Assembly: GCA_964234715.1 (NCBI GenBank)
Contig: OZ174280.1
Strand: one strand, 5' to 3'
Source of the DNA: Podarcis melisellensis
Lineage: Eukaryota
Length of the DNA stretch: 64,000 bases
In this document: positions 40,145 through 52,622 of the stretch, in pieces
Layout: each line of letters starts with the position of its first letter
Numbering within the stretch: position 1 is the stretch's first letter
Notes under the pieces: model-generated
The model's input: the letters and a program-made list of their open reading frames with translations, nothing else
Told to the model about the DNA's origin: nothing
Database searches by the model: none
Made by a program: the position numbers and the translations under genes

Positions 40145-41071
40145 TTAGGCATGTTGTCCTTTTCGCATTTCTCCCATCTCTTTAATCTCAACCTTCTCAT
40201 ACTTGCCCGTCTTCCGCCTCCTGGTAACCACGAGCACAGTTATCCCAATAACAATGGCCAGGACTACCACCACCACAACTGCAATGATGCCCGCTGTCAG
40301 GCGCTGCATAGAGAACTCTGGTGGTTTGTCATCAACGTAGTATACTAGGATTTCTTCAATATCTAGAGGTTCGTCATTGACATAGAGACCAAACATATTA
40401 TCGGGTGGGAAAATGGGTTTACCCTGGATGTCTTTTTCAAAGTAGTAAGCTACATCTGCAATGTCTACATCTTTGTAAGACTTGTCCGAAATGTTCTGCT
40501 TTAGGTCGATATGGATTAATGGCTCCTTGTACTCAACAGCTGTGATGAACTTCGGATGGAGCATATAGCGGTTTTCAATGAGCTGCCGGAAGCTGGTTGC
40601 CACTTCTGATTCAGACAAGGGAGTTTTTCGCTCTTTGTGCTTCATCTCAATGTAGATCCAGCTTGTTCTGACCAGCTCGTTGCACCTCATGTTGAGATCC
40701 CCCTTGTCCGTCCTCCTTACCCCAGCGCTGTTCACACACCAACAAGTATCTGTTTGGTTGCACTGCCTGGCTTTGAAGAAGCCCATGGCATCACATTCTG
40801 GGTTATAAAGTCCATCGTTGTCCACAAACCCATGTTCGGGCCTGGTAAAACTTCTGCCTCTTTTGGTTTTTATTTCCGCCTTCATCAGCAGACATTTTGG
40901 AGTCAGCGTTGAACAGTCCAGCCTCTGGTTCGAAACGCGTGCCGTACAGATGCAGCTGCCGGACTCCGAACTGCAAGACGCCAGGTTATTCGTTGGGCAA
41001 AAGCAGTCGTTCTGGGCAGCCGACGTGGCCACAAGCATCAACACCAGGGCAGCCCCAAAAGCAGACTCCAT
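40145..41071 (-). CDS. TACSTD2: Tumor-associated calcium signal transducer 2 (Trop2), intronless EPCAM retrogene, 308 aa
   Basis: Single-exon ORF with signal peptide, Cys-rich N-domain, thyroglobulin-1 domain ([31 protein letters not shown]), [18 protein letters not shown], TM and [12 protein letters not shown] tail; ATG at 41071 (TCCATGG), whereas the track start at 41131 is TTG; position between OMA1 and MYSM1 matches known synteny. Confidence 0.96.
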   Translation of the reverse strand: [308 protein letters not shown]

Positions 41072-41139
41072 GGAGGATGAGCAAAAGAGGTCTTTAGGGA
41101 GAGACAGGGCAACACAGCAGCCTGAAGACAAGACACATC

Positions 41140-41420
41140 CACAACAAGAGCCTCCCGGTTTCTGAGTGATAGGGCGGGACAGCTGCCTCTCTTTCTACCA
41201 TCGGACCTGCCCAACCAGTCTGGCTGGTGACGCTCAAACAAAGCAGGTGTGTGGTGACACAGAAAACCCACAGACCAAGAGAGCTGCGCCTTCTTCAGTA
41301 GGGAGTGGCAGCAACTCTCTGCCTTCTCATACTTCCCTACCCTCAGCCTCGCCTCCTGGTAATCACAAGTGAGGTAATTCCAGAAATAATGGCCAAGACT
41401 TCCACCACCTGCTTTTCTTT
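41140..41420 (-). promoter_or_regulatory. TACSTD2: Putative TACSTD2 proximal promoter
   Basis: GC box GGGCGG 41172-41177, E2-boxes CAGGTG 41244-41249 and CACCTG 41406-41411 (ZEB/SNAI type), GRHL-like AACCAGTC / AACCGG. Confidence 0.5.
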
Positions 41421-41689
41421 CCTCCCACTGAAGGAGGAAGCACATCATGCCAGAAACACAGAAACCAATACTACATTAAGTTCTTGCAAATAGAAACGTG
41501 CCTACCCCATGGGCCAAACTCTGCATAAGTGCTGGGTTAAAGGCTACTGTGAGGCCAAGCCCAGTCAGCCTCCGTTCTGTTCAGCCCAGGAGACCTACTA
41601 AACAGGGAAGACAAACAGTAGCTCCAGTGGTCAGTACTCATAGTAGACAGGATGTAAAGTGGAAAAGATCACAGCCTCCAGAAAACCCT

Positions 41690-41751
41690 CTTTTCTTTTC
41701 TTTTCTTTTCTTTTCTTTTCTTTTCTTTTCTCTGTCTTTTTTTTTTTTTTT
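41690..41751. repeat. (TTTTC)n / poly-T microsatellite
   Basis: Seen directly. Confidence 0.9.
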
Positions 41752-44700
41752 AGAATCCTCATTATGTGTCAAGTGATTCAAGATGTAAGGCTGAGCCATT
41801 TCCATGGATATTCCACCAGACTATGGTAAGAAAGTCAGAGGGGGTGAGCAGACAATAGGACAGTTCTGGAAGCAGTGTTATACCTAAAATTTTTGGAATG
41901 CCCAAAGCAGCCAATCCCAACCTGGTCCTCTGTAGATTTTTTTGGGATGACAACTCCCATCACCAGCCACGGTAACTGCCTTCCTCTAATGTGGGTTTCA
42001 CTGCCTTCTATCACTTTTTAAAAGTGTATACCTAATAAAATTCAACCGTACAGTACACCAAAAGTGTGGATTGGGGTAGCTATGACTGGCCATAGCTCCC
42101 TATTTTAAGTGTGCCCTGCGAGTGTCATATTGGGCTTTCCCTGTGTGTAATGTGTGAAGTGGCCCTCATTTCACAATCATCTCTTAGGAAATGCTGTTCT
42201 CCATACCATGGATCTCTGTTGCCTTGACCCTCATGGAGAGGCCCTGTCCAGTCCTGAAATTACATCAGGGGAGCGGGATTCAGATTGAAAACAACAGCAC
42301 AAATAACCCTATGATATCAGTGAGGGGCATTCAGCCTTTGTTGACCAGGGTGCTCTCCAAGTGTTTTGGCCTACAACTCCCATCATCTCTGGGCAGCATG
42401 GCTGTACTCACTGGGGCTAATGGGAGTTGTAGTTTCAACGGCTGGAGGGCACCATATTGGCACAAGCTGTTTTAACACAATAACACCAATTACAGTTTCT
42501 TTTTCTATTAGGTTTCAGGATTCTTTACCATTGTCCTCTGCTATGACCATCCAAACCTGCCCTCTGTACACAGAAAACACATTACTCCAGGGGTCCATAG
42601 GTCCATTATTGTGTCAAACCACGAGGGCATACGGCTTAAGCTAGTCTTTCCTGTAGGGTTCTTGTTATCCAATACGATCTTCAAAATTGGTGTTATTGCA
42701 CATCCTTGATGGGTTGGCTATTTATCTCATTTTAAAACAAAACATGTTTCTGCTCCTTGTGGATGGTCACTACATAACCTGCTCCATTTGAAATGTTCCA
42801 AGCTTAGACAATAAAAGACACAGCAACTTTCACTTGAGCTTTGCAAAGTTAAAAATACAATGATTAATATCATCAGGGAAGTTTCAGGAGGCATTTTGCA
42901 ATCAAAACTCTGAGTAATTACTTCATAGGTGGCATTCTAGCAGACCGAGAGGCTAAGATCCAAGCAGCAGGCATGTCTGGTTAAATAGTCATCCTCCCCC
43001 CAAAGGAACCATGGAGACAGCAGCTTGGGTGGGGGCTACAGATCTCAAAGTGGTCAAAAAAACACAATGAAAACTGCCACCCTTTGACTGCTGGGATCTC
43101 AGATGTGGGGCATGATTCAAAGAGCTGCATATGGACCTCCATACATGCACCTTGGTTTTAAGCAGTTCCCTCCCATTCAGTTCTTCAGGGTCCTCCAAAC
43201 TGCTCCACACAAAGTTGGAGAAGCTCCTGCCTTTGGATTGGTCCCTACTGAACTTCCAATAGGGCCGGCCAGTCAAAGTTCCCACTTGCTCATATGTTAG
43301 GGATCAGCTGACAGGCACTTATCTTCCTTGCTCCCTGCGGGCCAAATTTGACATGGCGAGATGACAAGGTGATAACTATAGGCTGCATACACACTAAGCC
43401 GTTTATGGCGGAAAAATGCAGGTTTTTCTCAATCCAGAATTATTCACACTTATCCTCAACATGCTGTTTTCCACTTAGTTTAAGTCCAAATTATTCTAGA
43501 TCTTACCTCCCACAAGGATGGGCATGGTTACTTGATAAGCATCTCAAACCCTCCCCTTGGTTGGGTTATTCATGCCTTTTCCTCCATGCACATGCCCCAG
43601 ATGAAGAAGGAAGTGGTGATTGGCATCCTGGCATACGCCCACCCACAATGTCATTGGGCAGGTGTAGACGTGGGCGCACACACCCCATTGCCAGGACTGC
43701 TGATGTCTGTTTTCACCTCTTTTCAAATGGACAAACTGCAGAACCAACCTGGAATGAGCTTTTATTTTTTTGAAAGAAACCAGTTTCTCAGGAAGCCCCT
43801 TTCTAGGGGACAGAAATATGCAGTAGATCTGGACTGTGTGTGGACTGCATAGGGGAAAAAGTACTCAGGCTCCATTGATTCTAGAATAAAATAGTGCATG
43901 TACACAGGATTAAACACACACATGCACTCTTTAAGGCTGCAATGCCACTTATTTGGGAATGAACCCCCACTGAACTCAATGGGATTCTGATTTCTAAGGG
44001 GTTTTTGCACTGTAAGAAAACCGCTTACCACTGTCACAAGTCACCCAAGACCAAGTTTACACAACCTCTGCAGAGGTGGTGGATGTGTGCTAAAGGTTGC
44101 TCTAACATGTTTTCTGTTGTGCACTGAGAAATCGCTAACAAAAGACTCTTCTTTTTTAAAGGCTCAGGGTAAAGTACATATCCAGTTAATTCATAGAACT
44201 GACTCTGGCATATATTGGTTTGGGACGAAATATATCCAAAACCAGCTCTTGAATATCCTTCCATTTATCTTCCCCAACTGTGTGCTCTCCAGAAATTTGG
44301 ACCACAATTCTCATCAACCCCAGTGAATATACCCTCCAAAATGTACGGAGGGCACCACCTGCCCTACTCATAGTTGCTGGAGCCATGGAAATCTTTCCAC
44401 AGGAGACGACTCTTTCTATGATCCGTCTGGGTGTGTTTTTACATCACAGATACCAACATTCTCTGGAGAGTAGGTAGAAAATAGGGGTGGGGCCAGGAAA
44501 TGCTAGGGGAATACCAGGCAAAGTTATTAGGGTTCTTCTGCTGATGAAAGGTGTCTAGGGAGTGACAGTAAAAAAAGAGGAGTAACCGGAAACAGCAGCC
44601 AGAGAGCTGAGAAGCAGGACAACAGGATCATCTCATACTTCATCAGAGATTTATTGCCATCAAAATGAGCCCCTGGACACAGGCCTGGTGTACTCACATA

Positions 44701-44949
44701 GCAGGATAAAGTGACAAACTGCTAAAGTGGCAGAACTGACTGCACCACTGCAAGCAAAAGGTCCTCTGTCTTCTTTAAAATAAAATAAAAAGCCCTCCCT
44801 GCAAACAGAAACCTAGCACGTCATGGAGGAAAATTCGACCACGGTACTGGTTTTCTATTTTGCACGGCGCCCCCATCCACCAAGCATCTGTCCCACCAGA
44901 TATATAGGAGGAATATGAGAAGGTACTTGTCTATTCTGCCAGTTTGGCA

Positions 44950-45178
44950 CTATAGCATGGTAATTAAATGACTGACTGCCATCAGGAAGTCCCCGGTTTG
45001 AGGAAGTCAATAGGTGGCCTTTAGCAGGCCACTCACTCAGTCATCAGCAGTTCCCTCACCTGTAGTATGGGGAAATAATTATGATGACTTACTTTTCAAG
45101 TTTGTTTCACCGATTGCAGGTTCATAATGCTTATGAAGTACCTTGAAAGCATTATGCAAATGTTGAGTATTATTATTT
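44950..45178 (+). mobile_element. CORE-SINE (MIR-like), near full length, old
   Basis: Degenerate tRNA-like head, CCCTCACCTGTAGTATGGGGAAATAAT core, (TAT)n tail. Confidence 0.6.
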
Positions 45179-45879
45179 CTGAAGTACATATGGAGGCAAA
45201 CAAGCCAAAGTCTAGAAATATACCAACAGTACATCGCCAGCAGAAGAAAACAGATGGAAAGGGGTGGAGAGATCAGTCTTATTTCTTCCACAAATTTACC
45301 ATGCAAAACACCAAGTGCTCTCAATGTCCAGGGCCTGTTAACATCTACTCCGGGGAGTTTTAGACCCTTCAGAAGCCCGCTGTGATCTGTTTATAAGGTA
45401 CTCAGGGTAAAGTTACTCGCCTTCATAGCAATCCTGATGCCACATTTACATCTTCAGTGAGATGTCCAGTGCAAGGTCTGCAGAACCATCGTGGGACCAG
45501 TTTCAGCTGCTGGGGGTCAGATGACATGATGACGGAGCAAACAATGTGTTTCCTTGATTCTTGCCCCTCTTGGTTTATCAAATCTTCCCAAGGGGGGTGG
45601 CCAGGGGGATCTAGGGGGTGGTCAATGCAACTTTGCAGGAGATAGTAGCCCTGGTCATCTTGAAACCCAGGTACTCCTGAAAAAGCACTGCCTGGACCTC
45701 TCGGTTTCTGAGAAGAACTACCTGATCTTAAATACCGACACTGGAGGAAAGCTGATTGAGAGAGCTATGGTGCAACAATGGCAAATGATGTTTCATCTAA
45801 GAGTAGATTGGCCTACTCCAATTTGGGTTCAGGCCTGACTGTGGAACTGAATCAGCCCTGGCCAGATGGTTGGCCTTTA

Positions 45880-46290
45880 TTGGAAGAAAGTGAGGGTGAG
45901 TGTCACACTGTTATTCTTACTCACTATCTTAGTGATATTTGATGCCATTGCTCCTGGTATCCTTATGAGCCAGCTAAGGGCTACTCCACACTTCTACTTG
46001 TCCTGTTCCTAGAAAGCACAGGTCCAAGCTGTTTTATGTTTGACTTGCACTTTCTAGGCACAAATCCAAGTGGTTTTGTCTTTGCCCCACCACTTCCCCC
46101 TGGGAAACTCACTCTTTAGTGCTAAATTGGAACAAACAGCAATCCACAGAAAACCTGATTGCTGTTTATTCCGATTCTGCGCTAAAGATCGGGTTCGCCC
46201 AGGGAAAAGCAATGGGGCAAACAGAGGTGTGGATAAGCCCTAGTGAGATGAGTATAGGAGGCAGTTTTACAGTGGTTCTGATCCTATCAC
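45880..46290 (+). mobile_element. L2 LINE reverse-transcriptase fragment interrupted by a MITE
   Basis: Degenerate translation ..LLFLL..LVIFDAIAPGIL.. | ..GG..LQWF.SY on either side of the insertion resembles the L2/CR1 RT 'AFDTV..LL..L..G.G..L.WF.SYL' block. Confidence 0.6.
45978..46240. mobile_element. PIF/Harbinger-type MITE nested in L2
   Basis: Imperfect TIRs GGGCTACTCCACAC / GTGTGGATAAGCCC; 3-bp TSD TAA/TAG. Confidence 0.75.
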
Positions 46291-47730
46291 CAGGATCAGA
46301 GAATAGCATTGGCTGTCTGTCTTTTGGCACCATCTTTACAGCGCCTGCTGGAGATCTTCTTTCAACAAACCTTTAAGTGGAAATATGTATGCCAGCTTGC
46401 ATCTGCATTCAAACTATTTTTAAGCACTTTATATATGAAATTAAATGTTTGGGTTGCTAGTCCCACTCAGAGTAGGCCTATTGAAATTCATGAATCTAAG
46501 GCAGCCACGTTCATTAACTTCAATGAGTCTCCAAAGACCAGCATTGGAAACAAACCTTCCTTCCTTTTTATATGTGGAACTATTTTTAATAGCTTTTACA
46601 CTTTTCTTGTGGTGTTTTGTTTTATAATGGTGTATTTTATTGTTGTAACCCTTCCTGGGCCTTTATGGTGCAGAGTGGATAAGAATTCATATAAATAAGT
46701 AAAGTATTTGCAACAAGATCACGCTGTTCTTTCTATGGGGTTTCCCCAGGGTGTGCTCTTAACTGAATCCACACATGGCAAGGCTCACTGTAAACGCCTT
46801 CCAAATTGTTTTAACCATGCAGCTTGTCAGTATGTGTGCAATTTATCTTATTCTGGCTTAACAAGTCCAGATCCATATATCTACTTTTACAAGAGTGGGT
46901 GAAGTCGAGAAGTGAATGAGATGGCTTGGTCTCCATTCTGCTTCCTTTTTACAAGTCATTCAGCAACTAGTGAGAACCATAATTAATTGGAAGATGCAAT
47001 TGGCTTGGTAAATACATCTCATTCTACATGAATCCTGGATAATACTATACTTTGGACTCAATCCAATCCTGAACTATGATTAGGCAAGCCTAATTCGTTT
47101 TTACAAACTCCCCTTCTGTTCCCATGAAAGAATAATCCATGGAAGACACTACCATTTAAGAGCCCATTATAATACAGGGGGCTTGCAGATGGGTGTTTAC
47201 TGCAGGCTTGGCACATCCATACATCATCTGAATCAAAATGCCAACTCATATTTTCTCAAATATTAAGCTTCTGTCTGGAAACAACCACAGTGGTCAAGAA
47301 CATGCGGCTCAGTGGTGCAAATCTCACCTAGGACACACTAAGGGTGGAGTTTAATCAGACACATAGAATTCAATGAACAGCTTAAGTTAGGTTCATTAAT
47401 TCTAAGCAACACTTCAGTGAAAGATCACCCTAAGTATTAAAAAACTTGGCACACCTGGGTCTTGCTTTAGCCCTTAGAAAGAACTGGTAGAATTTTGCCC
47501 TACAGACAACACCATTTTATCTCCAGAAAGCTCCTTTTCAAAATAAATTTCTGCTAAAAAACATAGAGACTTTTCTCAATTACATTATCTGATGGAGAAC
47601 ACATCAGGAATATTTCTAATAGCTGAATCCCATCCATCAGAAGGCTTTGCCACTGAGTTCTGTGGGATTTCCTCCCAGGTAACTGTGCACTGGCTTGCAG
47701 CCTAAATAACTCTGAAGCATTGGTCCAGCA

Positions 47731-47866
47731 CAGGCACCCCCAACCTGCAGCCCTCCAGATGTTTTGGCCTACAACTCCCATGATCCCTAGCTAACAGGAC
47801 CAGTGGTCAGGGATGATGGGAATTGTAGTCCAAAACGTCTGGAGGGCCAAAGGTTGGGAATGTCTG
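47731..47866. mobile_element. Palindromic hAT MITE (CTACAACTCCCAT family)
   Basis: Fold-back element with 8-bp TSD GTCCAGCA/GTCCAGTA; related degenerate copies near 19410, 28590, 41920, 42340 and 54875. Confidence 0.85.
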
Positions 47867-48831
47867 GTCCAGTAGCTGGCTACAAACTGCTAATCACCCT
47901 TAAACTCTGTATCCTTGACTTTTCCACCTTTCTTTAATGCTATTTTGAAACCCAAGACAGTTCCTGTCCCAAACAAGCTCTGGATGCATGTGTGAGTGGC
48001 ATACCATGCCACACACTAGCATCAAGCTGCTGGAAAATGCAAGGGGAAGCACCTTCACACAGAAGGTCTCTTGGCCTTTTTGTGCTGCCATGTTAAGTGC
48101 AGGATGAAGCTGCAGTGCTGTGGCTTCCAGCCTGGCAGAGGAACAGAAGAACCCATCTCACTAGTCACCACCACCCCACAAACACACCTATTTAGATTTA
48201 ATGCAACCAGTTACCACTCCTCATTAAGCCTACTACCCAGGATTTGAGTAAATGTTACTACACATCTGATCATTTGCTTGTTGTTACTGCACTTCTGATC
48301 TAATATTCAGCTGCATGTCCAAAAAGCGACAGCCACTGAACCACTTTTCTTGCCTCCCATCTTCCTGCGTCTCACCTCCATTAGGTCAGAGGCTTATAAA
48401 ATGAGTCATGACGGTTTGGATGACTTCCTGCTTATTACACGCCTTATCTTTTCCGGCCTCTTTATCTTTTGACACACTGATGCCAAGCTTATGTAAGCCT
48501 TTTATTACTGAGTTAAGAGACTAGTGCTGTGAATTTTGACCAGCTTAATTACTGTGAGTGAGCAAGCCTATTACTGGGCAACAGAGTGGACGAAAAACAA
48601 AAACACCTATGTCCCCTGATGGCTGGGAATCTCTCCCCAGTCTTTGGATGGCGACCTCCTTCTAAGGGGAGGGTCAGCGAAACAGTTTGAAGCTCATTTT
48701 TCATCCTGAATTTTAGTTAGAACCTAACAGAACTCAGGTGCGGCCTTGAATTTGCTTAGGTCCAAATTCTCTGGTTTGGAGATACAGCTGTGGAACGCCC
48801 TCCCATCAGATGTCAAACAGATAAACAACTG

Positions 48832-49060
48832 CAGTGGTACCTCAGGTTACAGACGCTTCAGGTTACAGACTCTGCTAACCTAGAAATAGTACCTCGGGTT
48901 AAGAACTTTACTTCAGGATGAGAACAGAAATCGCACGCCAGTGGCGGCACGGCGGCAGCGGGAGGCTCCATTAGCGAAAGTGGTGCTTCAGGTTAAGAAC
49001 AGTTTCAGGTTAAGAACAGACCTCTAGAACAAATTAAGTTCTTAACCCGAGGTACCACTG
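48832..49060 (+). mobile_element. Tc1/mariner-pogo-type MITE nested in a LINE 3' fragment (~48770-49200)
   Basis: TIR CAGTGGTACCTC / GAGGTACCACTG; flanks TGGAACGCCCTCCCA... and ...CTTTTAGAAGACATCTAAAGGCAG join into an L2-type 3' end. Confidence 0.88.
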
Positions 49061-49484
49061 TATTTGACTTTTAGAAGACATCTAAAGGCAGTCCTATTCA
49101 GGGAACTGTTTAATGGTTGATTTTTTTTGTGTGTTTTTAATATTTTGCTGGGTGACACCGAGTCAGATGGGTGGTTGTTGTTTTTTTATTATTATTATTA
49201 TTAGCAGAAATCAGAGGGTTAGAATCAAGTAGCTGCAATCACTGGTAAAATGCTAACTACTTCAGCACTTTACTGCTGTGGTTCTAGAAAGAGCATTTCT
49301 GTCCACAGCCTCCACAGTGGGTGAAAGGTTCCTGAATTGCAAGAGTTTGGACTATATACCACCTTCCAACTATGATTCTATGTAGGTACTAGTAATTGCA
49401 AAGACAAAAGTATTTCAATGTGTTTGAGATAACTAGGACATTACTATAAATTAAGGAGTCACTCCTTTAAATCAGTTGTCACAT

Positions 49485-49500
49485 AGCTCCCTCTGCTGGC
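49485..49500 (-). promoter_or_regulatory. CTCF motif
   Basis: Minus strand GCCAGCAGAGGGAGCT is a close match to the CTCF core CCASYAGRKGGCRS. Confidence 0.65.
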
Positions 49501-52457
49501 TTCATTCAGGTTTCAACCACAGCTAAAATTTAACCCCCCCCCCCCGGAAGAAGAAATTAGTAGGAAAATAAAAATAGCCTGAACTTGCTCACTGGTGCCA
49601 GAATGTATGGTTCTAAGAAGTGATAATTCTCATCTTCAGATGTTGTAAAATAAAGATGTCATATGGTTTATTTTGCTTTGCAAAATAAAGCCCTCGCAAA
49701 GAGATACTGCAAACAGCCTGCTCATAATTGTTTAGAAACTGATTCTTTTCCTATGTCAGAGAGGGCTAAATGCTGTAACGTCGGAATATTTACTAGGGGT
49801 GTGCAAACAATTCAGGTAACTCCCAAATGAAGAACCAAAGTGGGGCTGCTTCAGGAAGATTCTGGGCTTGTCTGAACCAAAGGGGCATCTCTTCAGTGTA
49901 TCCTGAACAGAGGACTGATGAAACATGTCAGAGATTGAGATGCATTGTGTCTCCAGAAATTGAAGCATTTTCTCCAAGGGTTGACATAACACCAGGATGT
50001 GGAGAGCTCTTTTGTGAGACACGCCTAACTTGAAATCAGAGGGAATTATTATACCAAGGCTCTCCAAGTACTGTACAGTGCTTTGGTGAAGGGATGTCAA
50101 ATTTATCTCCTTGCTCCTTTCTGTCCTGTGCTCTTTGCTTGAAATTTTTCAGGTTACTTTCCATGGGGCACTTTTTTGATGTGTGCTGGTTCCATTAAAA
50201 ACCATTGCACACCAAACCAAGTGGCTGCAATGTATAGTTCTCCACAAAAATCAACTTTACCGCAAAGTCCCCTGGCACTATTTGTCTGCGACTGGGCAGG
50301 TTTCTTACCTGAGGGGCACCTTTCCCAAACTGTAAAATGGTTTCCCCTTTCAGAAAAACCACTGGAGTGATCCTTATGCAATTTAGCAGCATACATTGCT
50401 TCAGAAGAGTCTCTCATACCTGTAGATTTCATCCAATTCTCCCCCCCCAAAAAAAACTATAGATGTTTCTCTTTTTTAAAGAATATATCAAATTGTAAAG
50501 GTGCCCAGCACAATAAATTCCTGACCAATTTGTCTGATTTGGCAGGCTATATGCACTCTGGAGGGGCTACTTTGCCTAAAGTTATTATCTAATTCTGTCA
50601 AAAGAAAAGGAGAAAAAAATCCTCAGTCACTTTTGATTAACGATAGGGGGACTTAGCTTCATTTTTCTAAAGCAACTTTGGACCCAGAACTGACTCAGAC
50701 AAACTATGAAACAGTCCAATTTCCAAATAAATGCCAAATCAGGATGAAAACCAAATCTTGTGGCCGGTGCAAAACCTTAATATTTACACACAATGAACAA
50801 GCAACAAAGTCTGCCTGGCTTTTTGACCCAAAGTTTGAAATATGTGCAATTAGAAATTGAAATTGATCTTGTACTGTTTAGCTGAACCCCAGGACATTTA
50901 GCACTTAATGGTTTGATACAAAAGGATGCTCCTAAATGCAAATCTATGAGAGAAAAACAAATAAATCTGCAATGTTTGTGGGATTTTTTTCAATTTTTTT
51001 ATGTACAGAAATACTAATTTGAAGCCAAACAACATTGAAATCATCTTCACACAATTTATTGAAGGGGCAATGTGAGCAAGAAGAGTTCTTTGCATTGTTT
51101 TAATGATAAAATCCTTCTCAATTCCTGATAAAGACATCACGGGCAAATATACCTGTATTGTGCTTTTATATGAGGGTCAAATAGTCCAGTAATTCTCTTC
51201 TGTACAAATATACAATATTTACATTGCTGTCATATGGCAATATGCAGATTTACAATAAGGATGTAAACAATAAAATTTAGAAGCTGCAATATGATTATCA
51301 CATAACTCTGTAAAACATAAACTATGGTTTTGGATATTCCAATCCAGAGGAATTCCCAGATATTATTTAGCAATAATGCTAGAATTTCAATGGGGAAGAT
51401 GAGGCATTGGATCACATGCAACTTGGAAGTCGTAATGGTCTAAGGAGTCAAGTAACAGGTAATATTTCAAAAGCAATGCGAATACACCTAGTGCACTATG
51501 ATACAGGGTCCCTTGCATGCAGATGATTACTGAGTCAAATATATTCTAATACTGAACTAAAGGGGCTAAAGTGGAACATGTTGCACATCCATCCATAACT
51601 TTCACAGGGTAAAAATAATAAAAAAGTCCACCTGGGATTCAAGAATAAAGTTATATAATCCTTCAGAAAATGTATTACTCCTTTGTACGTCTTTCATATT
51701 TAGTACACAGTCTGAGTTGTGATACCCAAGGGTCAAGGGAATGTTTTAAGCACAATTCTTGATTCTATTTGGAAAGTCTCAGCCTTCTTTCCCTAGTTCT
51801 TGAGAAATGAACAAGGCCACCCAAACTCTGCAAAGCTATACAATTAATCTGGATAGAAGAATTTGATATGAAGGATTTATTAGTCCAATATTGTTTTGCT
51901 ACTGCAGACTTCTGTTGCAAGCAGTAAGCCTCTTGAATGGGCTGGGCACGCATCAAGTGAGAAACTCAAGGCTGAGATGCTCAATGAGAAATCATATCCT
52001 TGTTGTCTTGTGGTTTTCCATCCATTCCCGATTTCAGCAATATGCAATACAACTCAGTTTATCCACTGGACAAAATGTGCTTGCAGATACATTAGACATT
52101 GAAATGTATAACACAGGGGTGTTCCCTAAAATGGCACAAGGTAGGCAATATAACTAATTTATGTTAACATCAAATTTCTAATAGCTCTTGGTCCAAGCAG
52201 AACACTATCACTTCAGCTATTTGGGGCAACAAATGGCGCAACTGTTTTATCCAAGTGGTGGACTGCCAAGTAGTTCATTCATCTCTTTGAAACAACCATA
52301 ATTTCAGAAGATTAGAAGTTATGTCAGAGATCAGATAGTTTGTCATGATTGTTTCACACTGTCTTTCAGTAACAGTCATTTTCTTGACCCACAGTGGATG
52401 CTGTCACGTTCAAGAATGGACACATAATAAAGTGAGCATTTATTCTTTTCAGCACTA

Positions 52458-52622
52458 TCATATTGGCAGGTCATTTGGACACATGCTATTTTCTTCAGCA
52501 GTATCATTCCATTTCTCACTATTGTATGTTGAAAGGAATAAGTTTTCTAGCTGTGCCAGGAATTCTTCAGCGATGAAACTATTTGCCACATTGCCTAGAG
52601 TCTTCCTCATACACTCCAACAA
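52458..52622 (-). CDS. MYSM1: MYSM1 last coding exon ([29 protein letters not shown]...DLPI*)
   Basis: CTAG| acceptor; completes the LQK|LL (LxxLL) motif; TGA at 52460-52458. Confidence 0.94.
   Translation of the reverse strand: MLECMRKTLGNVANSFIAEEFLAQLENLFLSTYNSEKWNDTAEENSMCPNDLPI

Noticed and set aside
41072-41131. 20-aa N-terminal extension of TACSTD2 in the ORF track
   Set aside because: It starts at TTG; the ATG at 41071 has a G at +4 and directly precedes the signal peptide
43348-44477. Cluster of intergenic ORFs between TACSTD2 and MYSM1
   Set aside because: No homology, no splice-consistent structure, and several use non-ATG starts
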